The notes under the pieces were generated by a model, which was not told the origin of the DNA, ran no database searches, and saw only the letters and a program-made list of their open reading frames with translations. From contig NC_047075.1 of the NCBI RefSeq assembly GCF_902459465.1, positions 12,896,001 to 12,960,000 on the forward strand: 64,000 nucleotides of DNA, given 5' to 3'. Shown here one piece after another: positions 33,618 to 46,738 of this stretch (position 1 is its first letter; every line of letters starts with the position of its first letter). The translations under genes were made by a program, and so were the position numbers. Source of the DNA: Asterias rubens. Taxonomy: Eukaryota.

Positions 33618-36600
33618 CTGTAATTTAGCAAAACAGATAATTGCATTATAAAAAAGTTCAAAGAGGTTATTTTTGTGAGATTGTGGAATTCCTAAGAAAG
33701 CAAGTAATTATCAATTAACTATCTTAATAAGCTAAAGTTAATAATATCACCTATTTAAATTTAATTATTTAGTTCTCCAGAATTGTGGTTCACTTCTATT
33801 CACAGTATAAATGGAGTAAATATGAATTAATTCATTTTAATTTTGTGGTTTCCTGCCTTGTATGCAGACATAGATAATTGTTTACTTGTTTAAAATAAAC
33901 CAAAACAAATACCCTAAATAAAGTCAAGTACAATGTTATCATATTGTTAGATGAAGTGTGACATATCACATAAATTTAAAATATTTTCAGCAATTTTTAA
34001 GCACATCAAGTAAACAATCATCATAATGATGTAACCAACGTCTATAACTAACAGCTCAGGTATTTTTTTTATATGGATTGTATCCCAAAGTCTAACAAGT
34101 GCATCAGTTTTTCTTCATCATTATTATACAATTTTTTAAATTATTAATTGACAGATCAATCAGCAGAAATACGACCACCAATAACTTAGGAACAGATACA
34201 TAACATAGAAATATAATACAGTTTAAGTAACCGAAAGTTATAATAATTAAAAATTAATTAATGTTTACCATTTCAAAGAAAAAGAATACGAGAAATAAGT
34301 AAAAAATTGGCAAGCACATACATTGTTTGTGGGAAGAACTTCATCAATCAAATAATTTGTCTCACAATAATACAGCAAATTGAATAATTGAGTCTCACTA
34401 AAATTAAAAACAAGCAGTGACAGTGTAAACAATATTTCTGCCTTTAATGACATTTTGCAAGACATGTCATGTGTTGAAAGTTGAAAGATAGGACCACTTT
34501 ACTCTCAACAAAAAAAGAAACGAAAACATTATGTTTATGCAAATCGTGTATGCAGTTGCTTTTAATGGCAGACAATCTTTTGGATTGAAAGACATTTAAG
34601 GCAAAGTTACAACTTTAACTTCAAGCATTCCAACATTTTTTTAACTTGAAATATTTAGTAAGAAGGTCGGTCACATAGTTTTTCTTTCTCAACAACTATT
34701 CTGTTATCAGGTTGAAAATACATTACGTCAGGATAGGAATGATCGAACAAACTTACCTTGATTGACTGATTCATACGTTAGAAGTGATGGTCAATGTACA
34801 CGGACGCATGGGGATGTAGCGCTTCGGAAAATCTCGAGTGCGCTCGGAACTTTTCGAGTGTTGAGGTTGATTCAAAAGAGGGCGCTATCAGAAAAGGTTT
34901 GTGCACAGATTTGGACCCATTGCACAACAGGCGCGGCGCACTTGCACGACGTATCATTTCCGCCATTTTTGGTGCCAAAACGTGCAAAAAGAATGGTACA
35001 TAATGCGCGTCTACCATTTTTGCCCTTTCTGGAGTCCATTCCTTTTGTGCACGTTTTGATTTGTGTTAAACTTGAGTCTTGGATTATTTCCAGAACAAGT
35101 TGTAAAAACTACGTTTACGGATTAAACCTAATACCCAACGTTTTGCAATCGGCCATTGAATGTTCATGAAGTGTTATCTTACATTTTTAAGGTGAAACAT
35201 GTGATTTTACGAAACGAAAGCTTATAAAGTGAAACCCCCAGCAGTGATATATAATTATTTTGTTTACAATTTTCTTCTGATTTCCTCCCCTAAAAGTCAC
35301 AAAAAGTCAATCAAGCGACTTTTGTACGGCTCCAAGTTTCCTTTATTAACTTTGTCAAGATACAATCAGAAAGGCAACCTTTACACAAAATCGGCCTTGT
35401 ACATCAGATGTTGACAATATTGACGATAATAAGGCCAATCTGCTATACGCGAACAAAACAAGTTTTGAAATAAGAAATGTTATTTATTTGCTTTGCAGTT
35501 TAATTTTCCGTGAATTTCTTTATTTTAGGAATTTCCTAAGATTCATCATTATTTTTAAATCAATTATCGAGTCAATATCTCCGAAAAATTCAGAAAAAAT
35601 GCAAGAAAATGAGAGCGCTGCCTCGAGACTATGCCTAAACGTGTACAGAAAGTGCTGAAGCACCTTAACTTCCGCCTACAGTTTCAGAAAATCTAACATT
35701 TCTGTTTGGCGTCCCCTGCTGTCCGTCTATAGATATTATAATAATGTCAGTGGGGACCCTGCCGTGAAATTTTAATGAATATAGAAATTAAACCTCACCA
35801 AAGTCATGCTTGTGTAAAGGTGTGTTTTATTAATGAATAAACAGTCACTTTCCATTATAAAATACCTTTGACAGTGAATGGCATGCTTGATAGTTATTCT
35901 TGTGAGTAAATCCTTGCCTCGTTTTGAGATCTGCAGCTAAGATGAAAGAGAATTCGAAAGTTGCTGCTCTGTGTGAAATTAAATTGACCCTTTCCCCTTT
36001 CAATTATATCAATGAGAACGTCGTCAATTTACACGGCGCCATCTGCTGACATTGTTTCATAACATCGGTACTCTTGAAATATAAACTACTGTGTTCTACT
36101 TCTCTTTAGAAAGCTTTTGCACATTTAAATATTCAGTTGATAATCTCTAACCGGGCCATCTGCCTACATCAACCATTGCTATGAATCTTGTATCATGTAG
36201 AACTACATGTTTGGGTTTTTCTTAATAATGCATAAACATGGTGCTGTCATCCAATTATGATGTTCCAATATTAAATTTGAACTTCCAGTTTCGGACTGGA
36301 AGTCAACAACAAACGCCTCACATTCTGGGTGGCGTTTGTTAGGTTTTGAAGACCTTTCCAATGATTTGTAGATTGCTTTGGTCAGGACTTATACTTCAAC
36401 TTCCAGTCCTGTATCACACATTGCATTGGTAAGGTAAAATGTCGTCACCATTTCACTCAATCATCATCATTGGGAAAGTATTTATCAACACTAAGAATTG
36501 ACACACAGAATGCGAACCAATTTGACCTTGACTTCCGGTTCAAACCGGATGATCGTATTCAATACTTGAAACAATGATAACTCCCGAACCACACATTAGA

Positions 36601-36882
36601 TTTTTATCAACTACATGGCATTACAGAGAGCTCCTAGGACTTACCTAGCGCTACACAGTATGACCTCATTTGACCTAGCGCTACACAGTATGACCTCATT
36701 TGACCTAAGTTTTGGTTCAAACCGGAAGTTGAAGATTTATATTGGAACAAAATCTTACTCCTGAACCACAAATCGAGGTGATACAATAAAATATCATTAA
36801 ATCTTAACTTGATGACATCGATCACGAACACCTTGTTTTTGTAGCAAACAAAAATTCAATGTCTAGTTCTGTTTGTTTTTTT

Positions 36883-39125
36883 TCCTCGCGTTCTTCTTTC
36901 CCTGCGAACCTTCTCCAGCAATTTTAAACAAAAGTAAAGCTTGTACAAACTTAAAACTTACTATGTACATCGGCAATAGTGAGTAGACGAAACCGCCACT
37001 TTTTGGGAATGATGACGTCATGGCAAGGTTTTTAAAGTTGAAAAATGACATTTGCTTTTCGCTGTATCTCAACGAATATTAATGCTATGATGTTCATACT
37101 TGGGCATCACATAGATAAAGACTTGGACAACATTTGAAAACTTAACGCCAAAATCGTATGACCTCATCTTCCGGTCGTACCGGAAGGTCAAACTCTGCCT
37201 TTGTGTTTTTTGTGTTTTTTTGTAAAAAAAGACAATTTGTTGTCATAACTCAAGATTGATATGGAATTTAACATTGAAACTCATCAGACAATTGAACCTT
37301 AATAATAAGACCACACAAACTTAATGATGTCATGATGACGTCATCAGGTTTTGAATTACAACAAATCAAAGTTAAATATTTTAAAGAAATCATAACTCCT
37401 GAACCACATGGTGGATTTTGACAATCTACATATCATCGGACAGGTCGATCAAACTTCAAAAAACGCTACACACAAAATGACCCCATTTGACCTTGACTTC
37501 CGGTTCAAACCAAAGGTTGAACAATTTTACAATTTTTGATCTCTAAAACTACAAAACATTTCAACATAAATTTTGCATCCCGTTATAGATGAGTGATCCT
37601 GCTCAAACTTTCCCACAGAGATGATACCAATTTGACCTGAAACTCTGGTCGAAATCGGACGATAAAGCCCATGGATGTGTTGACCCGCGTGATAACTGCG
37701 TACACTGCAAAAGCGCTTTGGCTGGCCGTTCCGCTCCATTGATCACACCTTGTTCAGTCCACGAGGCCTGTGTGTTCTGGTCGGAATAGTGCATCGTTTG
37801 ACTGTACGCGTGATTTCGATTCATGTTTTGACAAGTCTCAGGTCATTGTACTTACAACGTAGCGCTTGTTTAATGGTGTACCAACATTTTACAATTGAAG
37901 TCCGCTCATATCATATTCGGCGTCAAATTGTTCCCCTGTTCGCCCTTCTCATGGCTTAATTATCAAAACGGAATTAAAGACGAAGCTTCGCTGAGATGGC
38001 CACCTACTGCAGCGATTCGTATGACTTTTAATTATGTGAGAAAATGCAACCAGAAAAAGACGAACATTGGTTATGTTTTGATCAAACACCGGGAAGCGGA
38101 TTCGTGACATCGACTCGTGAAGGGTGTTTCTATCCGGCACTCACGGCAGTGTTTAGCGCACTACACGGTAAAGCTTTGTGTACAAATCATTGCTTTTTAA
38201 AATAAGTGTTTATTTAATGCCTAACAAAATCTAACGTGCATCCCAGTTATCTTAGTTGTATCTGTACCCGTGTCGTACACTTGCGAAACCTCTGTAATAC
38301 TTAATAAATAAGTCTTTTACAGTTATTTACTTCACAAGTCTAAAATTAGTAAACTGTTGTTTCGTATAAAGTTTCCCCAAATCCAGTTAACCTTTTAAGA
38401 AGTTTACTCTTGAGTTAAACATCACAAGGATCACAAAACCTTCAAACTTTGCACATAGTTAGCTCTTTACTAATAAAATACATCGCTTCAACAAGTATTA
38501 AACTTAGCATTTGTTTTCTGTGCAAAGAAAGGTATAAATGTAATAGATTTACACTTTTACTTTCTGTGAAAATTAAAAAGCTATCAACAATCTGTTCATA
38601 GATTTAATTTTCCTCGTGTTCTTCTTTACCTCTGAACCTTCCCAAGCAATTTTAAACAAAAGTTAAGCTTGTATAAACTTAAAACTTACTATGTACATAG
38701 GCACCAGTGAGTTGATGAAACCGCCACTTTTTTAGAATGATGACGTCATGACAGGGTTTTTAATGTTAAAAAAGGACCATTTGCTTGTTGCTGTATCTCA
38801 ACGAATATAAAAGCTATGATGTTCATACTTGGGCATCGGATAGATAAAGACTTGGACAACATTTGAAAAGTTAACGCAAAAATCGTACGACGTTAACTTC
38901 CGGGTCGTTATCCTGGATCAAAGTTCGCCTTCGTGTTTTTTTTATATAAAAAAAACTTTCGAGCTTATCTACGGAATAACTCAAGATTGAGATTGATTTG
39001 AACGTTGAAACTCAACAGATAGGTGAACCTTGGTATCAAGACACCACAGGCCTAACTATGTCATAATGACGTCATCGGGCATTAGACTACAATAAATCAA
39101 AGTTTAAAATCTGTAAAAATCATAT
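36883..39125 (+). repeat. Two diverged direct copies (~36883-37390 and ~38610-39125) of the internal module of element A
   Basis: TTCCTCG(C/T)GTTCTTCTTT..AGCAATTTTAAACAAAAG..AAACTTAAAACTTACTATGTACAT..GAAACCGCCACTTTTT..GATGACGTCATG present in both. Confidence 0.85.
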
Positions 39126-39618
39126 GGCGCGCAATTTGGGGGAATTTCCAACGGCGCTCTTTTTGGTCCAACGAAAGAGGGCGCGGTTGGGTATAAAGAT
39201 TTTAGAAACATTGAGCGCTATGTGCAGAGCGGAAAATCGCAATAGTTGAGTGATAACGTCTCGCACCAAAACCACAACCTTTTTTGAATTGATGACGTCA
39301 TTGATGAAGTCAATACATTAAATAGCTAGAAAATTTATATCTTGAGAATCACAAATGCTACCAATAAGCTATTTTTATGGTCTTTTCCACGACAAAAGTA
39401 TTGTTAGTGTTTGACCTTGCTTTCGTTTAGAACCGGCTTTTTATCGTGACATAAGAATTTCAGTTGAAAAACTAAACCTAAAAATCCGGAGTGGCTTTGC
39501 ATTAACGATCGCATTATGGCACACTTTTCTAAAACATTTTAAGGGGATTCTCAAATCTGTAATGCACATTTAACTATAAAATAACGACACATTGTATAAA
39601 AAACATCTTTAAGGTTCA

Positions 39619-42600
39619 CACGGCCGTTCCACCCCCATTAGCACAACGTTATAAACTATCCTGAATTTGTTTGCACTGATTTCATTACTCCAGTGCGCCC
39701 TCTCCCGTGACATCACATAGTCAAGAGAAATCCAAGATGGCGTCCAAAAAAATTGTCGTAGAAAGCCGGAGTAAAATATGAATAAAAAATAGTTTTATGA
39801 AAAAATAGTTCGGTGAAAAGTGTTGTTAATAAAAACCGAGTGTGAATTATTGCCGTTCACAACTTTCTAGGTTATTGACTTGATGAAGGGGCAAGAAAAA
39901 TTGCAGAAATGGGGTCGTTTTCGCCATTTTCTGTGATGAAAATTTGTCGTCGTGTTCTTTCACGACTCTTAAAAATAACAATCGTAAAATATTCATTTTA
40001 ATTCAAATGGAAGTTTTCTGGAACTGTTCTTTTAAGTTTCTTGAAGATAATATTCATCCCAACCAAAATCTTGAATATAAACCAAAGGCCAGCGACAGAT
40101 TTTGTAAAAACGGGGGTTGAATTGGTCCTATTTTTGTCGAATCATACTTGTTTACGTGGTGTTTGTACGGAGCGTATATAATAACGCACTCTGCAGTACA
40201 CACACACAACCCGGGCCCGTGTTGCGCACGCATCCGTGTGGCGCGCTAATCGAAATGTACAAAAATTATGTTAACCCTACAGACGAACCTCGTCGAAGTG
40301 GTTTGTCATTTTATTTGGGGGAATGAAAGTTTACTATTGATGGCTAGATTGAGCATCTAAATATGAAATCAATAAGCAGGCAAGTGAGATGCATGTACGT
40401 TGAAGATGGAGACTTTATTTCAGCAACGTGTTTCATAATACTACAAACTGTACACCATACAACATGAGTTTTTTATTACATCAGCAAGCTTTAAATAAAC
40501 TTTGTAGGGTATGTAGGAGATTAACTACTAAGCATACAAGTTCAACAGCCGAAAAGCATACATACCAGTGCATCAACTATGCTAAAGAACTCGAAACTGT
40601 ATTTTCTATAAATATTTGGAGAGATGATGCCCTTGTTCATCCAAGTACAATTTGTTGGAGATGTGAGCGTTCCCTAAGGCATGAAAGATCTGGCTCTCTA
40701 AGTGGAACAAGGGAGAGTGCTTCTCAAAAGTGGGAAAACACTCGCGTGTACGCTGCAATGTGTGTGAAACATACAAGACGCAACAACGTGGGGGGCGTCC
40801 CCAGAAACGAAAGCGGAATGGCAATGGGCTCAACCAAAAGGAAGCAACAGTTCCTCCCCCGCTTTCTTTTAATTGTTCTCAAGTTTCCAGTGAGCAAATG
40901 CCCCATAATATGGATGTCCTTAGTAACTCAGGAGAGGCAACATTGTTCATCTGTACCATATGCCAGTGTATTCTAGGGAAACCAACAGTTCAAACACCAT
41001 GCGAACACAATTTTTGTGCGGACTGTTTACTTGCTTGGTTTAAGCACAGCAATAGTACGACTGTCCCATGTCCAGTTTGTAATTCATCAGTTGAAATTCA
41101 TAATGTAAATCCCTGTTCAAGAATTCTACGGGTTCAGCTGACAACCCTCCCAACAGTTTGTATAGCTTGTGGAACAATAGGGAAGCTTGAACTAATGAAA
41201 ACCCACATATGCGCACAAGAGCAGCCAAAACCCACAGCATTTACATGTTACGCAAGTGACCCCCTACCCGGCTCGGAACCAACCAATGAATGTGACGTCA
41301 CAACAGCAGCAAGATTACCAAAATCCATGGCATCAAAGCACATCAAGGGCACCCCTATACCCCCCGAGATAGAGGCTGCCACAGATAGGTGGACTGTCCA
41401 CAAGTTGAGGGAAAATCCGTGTGCACGACTGAAAACACCAGGAAGGGTAAATGTTGTTTCTTTTACAAAAGGAAATTAACTAATAATATAAAATTGTGAA
41501 AATACTTATAAAAGGGGGAAAAATTAAAATTTAAGTGTAGAAAAAAAGAAGTGGGAAGATATTCAAGTCGCCATTCAGGTTTCCTATTTTTTTTCTTCAG
41601 CAATTTGGTATTTTTGTTACAAAAGATTGCCAACATTATAAACTCATTGTTATCTTTGTATACATATCTCCCTTTAGCCGGCATATTTTACTCTGGCCAG
41701 CAAGCAAGCAAAATCCACAGACGAGGATGATGCCTGCCCTACATCTCAACCAAGTGAGGAAGCTATGAGCGTAAATCGTTCTCTAGCCATGATGCGAGAG
41801 TGCCAATTTGCATGGGAGCAGTTTCGAAAGCTTCGCAGGTGAGGTTTTATAACTATACTGTTGACAATAAAATTTCCTCTCAACTTAATGCTGCTCATAA
41901 ACAGTAATATTTGAAGTGTAAAGGTTTCTTGTCTATGTTTCTTCAACTGAATCAGGTACCTAGGATCTATGGGAGTGTCTCTTCCATCAGAGCGTGCCAT
42001 GAGACACCAGCAGAATACACTACTCAGTGACAATATTGTCGGGAAATTGGTCCCCCTCCTTTTCAAGTCAAGCAGTGCTGATGGCTCAAATGGGTTGCAG
42101 ACAAGAGAGGTTCCATGTGTGACTGTAAAGGATGTCTCTGCAATGGTCCTTGATTATCTTGACAGGCATGACAGGTGAGAAGTTTTCTTTCGATATTTCC
42201 CTGAATGGAAACGAACAAATGCAAATAGTAGGACACAAAGGCAGAAATTCATGAATAAAAATGGACTGACTCAACTTCTATTAGGTCTAAATAGGAAACT
42301 AGTTTCAGAAATACAAAGTGCAACTTTAGAATATTATTTTAAAAGATTTTAGTCTGCTTCTTTGCATTTAATTGATGGTGCATTTTATTGATAAATTTTA
42401 TTTATAATTATGTCTGAATATTATATTTTCAGAAATGGAGGTTTGACATGGCATGGCTTTATTCCTGTTGACGAGATATGGGTCAAGATTGGTGGGGACT
42501 TTGGTGGTACATCTTTCAAGATGTGTTACCAAATTGTTAATACACCAAGTCCCAACTCAACAAGGAACACCGTTTTTTTTGCCTGCTTTGAGGCCCATGA

Positions 42601-45600
42601 CTCATCAGCAAACATAGAGCGGGTACTACCTCCAATTATGTAGCAGGTGGCTCAACTGGGCAGAATGACATGGAGGTAAAAATATTTTATTTTCAACTAC
42701 AACCAACATTGCTGCATTGCTATTATCATACTGTACCTTGGTATTCAGACCTCCCTGAAGATTGGAACATAGTTTCTTAGGGTTGATACAAGTTGGTTAT
42801 GCACCATATGTACTTCCTGTTCAAAAAAACATATTTAATTAAAATAAGTTAACAGTGTCAACAAATACTTGTTTCTGCACATTAGGGGAAAGTCCATAAA
42901 GCTGTTCGTGTTTGGTGACTATGAGCTACTAACCAAACTGTATGGGATCTGCAGCTGTAATGGTAAGTATTTTTCAATAATACTTGTTATTTATTAAATG
43001 GGTCCCAAATTATGGCTACGCTCACTGCTAAATTCTGTGTTGCAAATCTTCATTCTCTGCTTAGTGTGCATGTGCCAAATTTCTGCCCTAGTTGTGTAAG
43101 CAAAGAATGCCTAGTAATATAGAGTATGCATGCGCAGGACTCTACCCCATGAAATTGTGCTGTGATTACACCGCATAACATATCAAAGTCATAGTGCAAA
43201 TTTCTCCATTTAGGTTTGCCACAGGAATAAATACAAATCTAAATAGTAAGACGTAACTCAAATAACCTTGTTTCTTTTGTATCCAGCCCGCCACTGTTGC
43301 ATTTATTGCACCGCTTCAAAAGAGCAGATGACTGTGCCCTTAACAGACAGGTCCAACTTTCCTGCAAGAACACTTGAGTCCATCGAAGCCAATTACAAAG
43401 CATACATCGCAGACGGTTCCAGAAAATCAAGGGCAAAAGATGTATCCTGTAGTGTCATAGCCATGCCTGTTTTGATGGTCCCTGTAGATCATGTAAGTCT
43501 ATTGGACAGCCTGAAAAGTACAAAAATAATCTACTGTTAACAACTATCATATTATCACAAATGCAATATTATCCGATACTTCTTTGTCTGTATTTATAAG
43601 CCCCCCCCCCCTTTACTTGACAAACTCTCCTGGCTTTATATATATATATATATATATAAATAAAATTCTCCTCATTCAGGTTGTGCTTCCGACCCTCCAC
43701 ATGTCACTTGGCATCTTTAAGAAGCTTTATGACATGCTGGAGGAGAGCTGTCATCGGATAGATGTACAACTCTTTCAACTTTGCGTGTCACACTTTGACT
43801 CAAGCGATCCTGCAGAAAACAATTTTGACCAACTAGCGATGCAACAGTGCAAGACGGAGGAGAAAATGAAGGCGGACAAAGCAAAAAAGGAAGCTGAGCT
43901 GGATCAGATCGAAGAGGAACTTCCTCTCCACCTGCTTCAGAAGGAACATCAGCAAGTTGATGGTGTTTTTCAAGAGCTGGCTTACAGAGCATTTGAACTT
44001 CGCCGTCAAATTCAGGGGCTTGTAAGTGACGTTTCATTATGAATTTTATTTTGGAAATGTCCAAGAAGCAAGGCAACTAAGATTGCAGTTTTGGAATTTT
44101 GATCCATAATAATTTGGTCGCCAAATTCACGAAAGTCAAGGCGCTAAAGGCGCACATTTCCTGCTCATTTACAATGGCTTCAATTACAAACCAGTCAAAG
44201 CCACAGATAGTAATATGGTTTTAATTTTACAGTTACTTTATAGGATGAGTCTCAAATGGAACTACCTGTTGGGTCTGGTCCTGTTGTCGGCTGTTTGGAC
44301 AAAACTCTGAAGGAGCACAAAGTCCAAAGGCAAGCTACCATGGGAAAGCTTTCGTCGGAAACCATGTCCACAAGTGTTGCAAAGTACGTGTATGTTTCTG
44401 GAGTTCCACCTATAAAATTGTAATTCAAATATGTTATGATTATTACACAATATGGAAAACGATAAATCCCTTGGAATAATAGAGATCAGACTTAGAAACA
44501 CATTTATTTTACCTTTACTTCACAGCCTGATGTTATTGCAGCACTAACAACAGCTCCCCGTAAACTCCTTGAAGAACTTAAACTGTGATGCCATACCCGT
44601 CTTCAACCATCAAAAGCTCATAAGGGATGCTGTGAAAGTCGGTGTAACCTTCAGTGAAGTCTTTCTGAAATTTGCAGACGTTCATGTCGGAATTAATCAC
44701 AGCAGGGCAATCACACCTCAAGACCTCCGTAATATTGGTATGCACATTATAATGACAATTTGAATAAATGTTTGAAGCAATTACATGGATAAATAAATTT
44801 GGTTTACTCCTTTTTTTATATTAGTTTCGATTTTTCATTTATTTATTTATTTTCCTGTACTTAATATTTTTTTTCAAGCGCTGTGATTTAGTGGAGTGTT
44901 TTTCAAATGTCGTTTACTATTATCATTATTATTAGTTGTTACTCACTTTTATTTTCAGATGTATGTATCAAACGCTTCATGGCCTGCTATAGATCAAGCT
45001 TCCCAAATGCATCCATAACCCCGAAACTCCATCTTCTTGAGGACCATACACTTGAGCAGTTGCAACGGTTCGGTGCTGGATTTGGACTGCTCAATGAACA
45101 GGGGGGTGAACTTATCCACACCGAATTTAATAGAATTGGGAGAGTAGTTTCTGGAATGAAAGACCCACTCCAACGCCTCGTAACCACCGTGAGGAGGCAT
45201 CACATCAGCACTACACCTGAAGTACAAGACTGCATGCTATCAAGAGCAAAAGAGGAGTAATTCTGCATTGCCTGAAATAAAGCACAAAATTTAATGAAAG
45301 AGCATTAATTTAATTAAAGTGCATTCAATTCCCTGATTTTGGCATGTGCTGTACACACATTTGAATTAAAGTAATTCTACCTTGCAATAAATGTGTTATA
45401 CTGATGTGGCGTGATAATAAACCCTTTCACGCTAACGTCCCATGTTCCGTGATAAATTCAGGTCATTCAAACAAGTATTTTTACATGATTCGCAATGTCT
45501 TGCATGTTTATACGCTATGCGTCAATCCGTCAATAACATGTATGAAGATTATCAAGTTGCACAGTTCAAAATCATTAACGCACCATAGCACTCGGTACAG

Positions 45601-46738
45601 ATTCAACTTGGTGCATACAAAATTACTGTGGAAGAAAGGATCTTTCTTCATGCAGTCATCATATGTACATTAGTGATTTATTTTTTAAAATAACTATAGA
45701 GATGTGGGTAAGATCATCATCTAATTTTGACACGTTTGATTGTGAACTGATGAAGTCAACTCAAACTGAATGATGATGTAAAAGCAAAAGATAAGTCCTT
45801 CCCTTGTTGTCCTTCCAGGCTTCATTCATCACCCTTTAAATGTTTAAGTTTTCATGTTTTTTTTTTTACATGTTTGATTTTTGACTCTTGAGCATGTTGA
45901 GATTTTGAGCAAGTAGGCCTAATATTAATAATATATATATATATATTTCTTTTTTACTGTAATTTTTATTATAATAAAACAATTAAAAAAAAAGCTTTTA
46001 TTTTTAACATTCCATACCTATGCTTATGATGTCAAGTTCAGTGAGTTGACTCGTTGATAATTATTAATGTCTCTACATAATATCCCTTTGGGATTTGGAA
46101 AACCCTAGAGTGACTAGACCCTAGACCTTCGTCTGTTTAATAAACACATGCAAAATACGCTGTGTATGTAACACACGCGTAATGACTATGCATGTGAATC
46201 ATGTACGAAAACACAATACGTGTACATGTGATAGTGACTTAATGCAACGTGTGACATCGACAAAAGCCCTAATTTGACTCAAAAATTACTCGAATTTTAC
46301 GAAATCTACCGCTGGCCTTACCTTCAAACTTCTTCAGTAGGTGGGGGAAAACGTCATTTTGCTGTTACAACGTATCCGGTACCAGGGAAAACTTTTGTTT
46401 CGAAGAAAATCGACGAAGAATAACGGGAATTTTGTCACGTGTCTTTCGAGCCCGCGATTTAACGCTACACGTAAACAGCTTCTAAATCTCACATGAATTA
46501 TTCATATTCTAATATTTACATGTCAACAGGGTACACATGAGATTTAGAGTCACATGACTCAAAGATTTCAGCAAAAATAATTAATTCAACCAATCAAATA
46601 CGGTTATTAGCGTGCCTCATTAATATTCAGTGCACGAGGTCAATAAAGGTCATATTACACCGAGCTTTGTGACGTCGCAAAGCGCTGGCTACTTTTTAAC
46701 AACAGAGGGCGCAATTAAATATTGGTGGAACGGCCGTG
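39619..46738 (+). mobile_element. Chapaev/N-RAG-TP-type (RAG1-like) DNA transposon 1, complete ends
   Basis: Perfect 15-bp TIR CACGGCCGTTCCACC (39619-39633 / 46724-46738). 4-bp TSD TTCA (39615-39618, 46739-46742). Confidence 0.92.
40464..45260 (+). pseudogene. RAG1-like (Chapa/CND + RING + Zn finger + DDE core) transposase, 10 exons, disrupted
   Basis: HQQALNKLCRVC..HPSTICWRC; RING CTICQCILGKP..CEHNFCADC..CPVC; IWVKIGGDFGG, FGDYE, CCIYC, LHMSLG, PKLHLLEDH, EQGGE. Frameshifts at ~40735-40738 and ~44335; in-frame TAG at 42641-42643. Confidence 0.88.

Larger units (their letters stand above)
10688..36866 (+). mobile_element. Inner Helentron/Helitron2-like element B nested in the head of A
   Basis: 5' hairpin AGGTGTTCGTGC-aatatga-GCACGAACACCT (10688-10718), with a truncated extra head at 10646-10667. 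3' end CACGAACACCT (36823-36833), then the same 7-bp hairpin, then ATGTCTAG|T (36863-36866). Confidence 0.7.
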
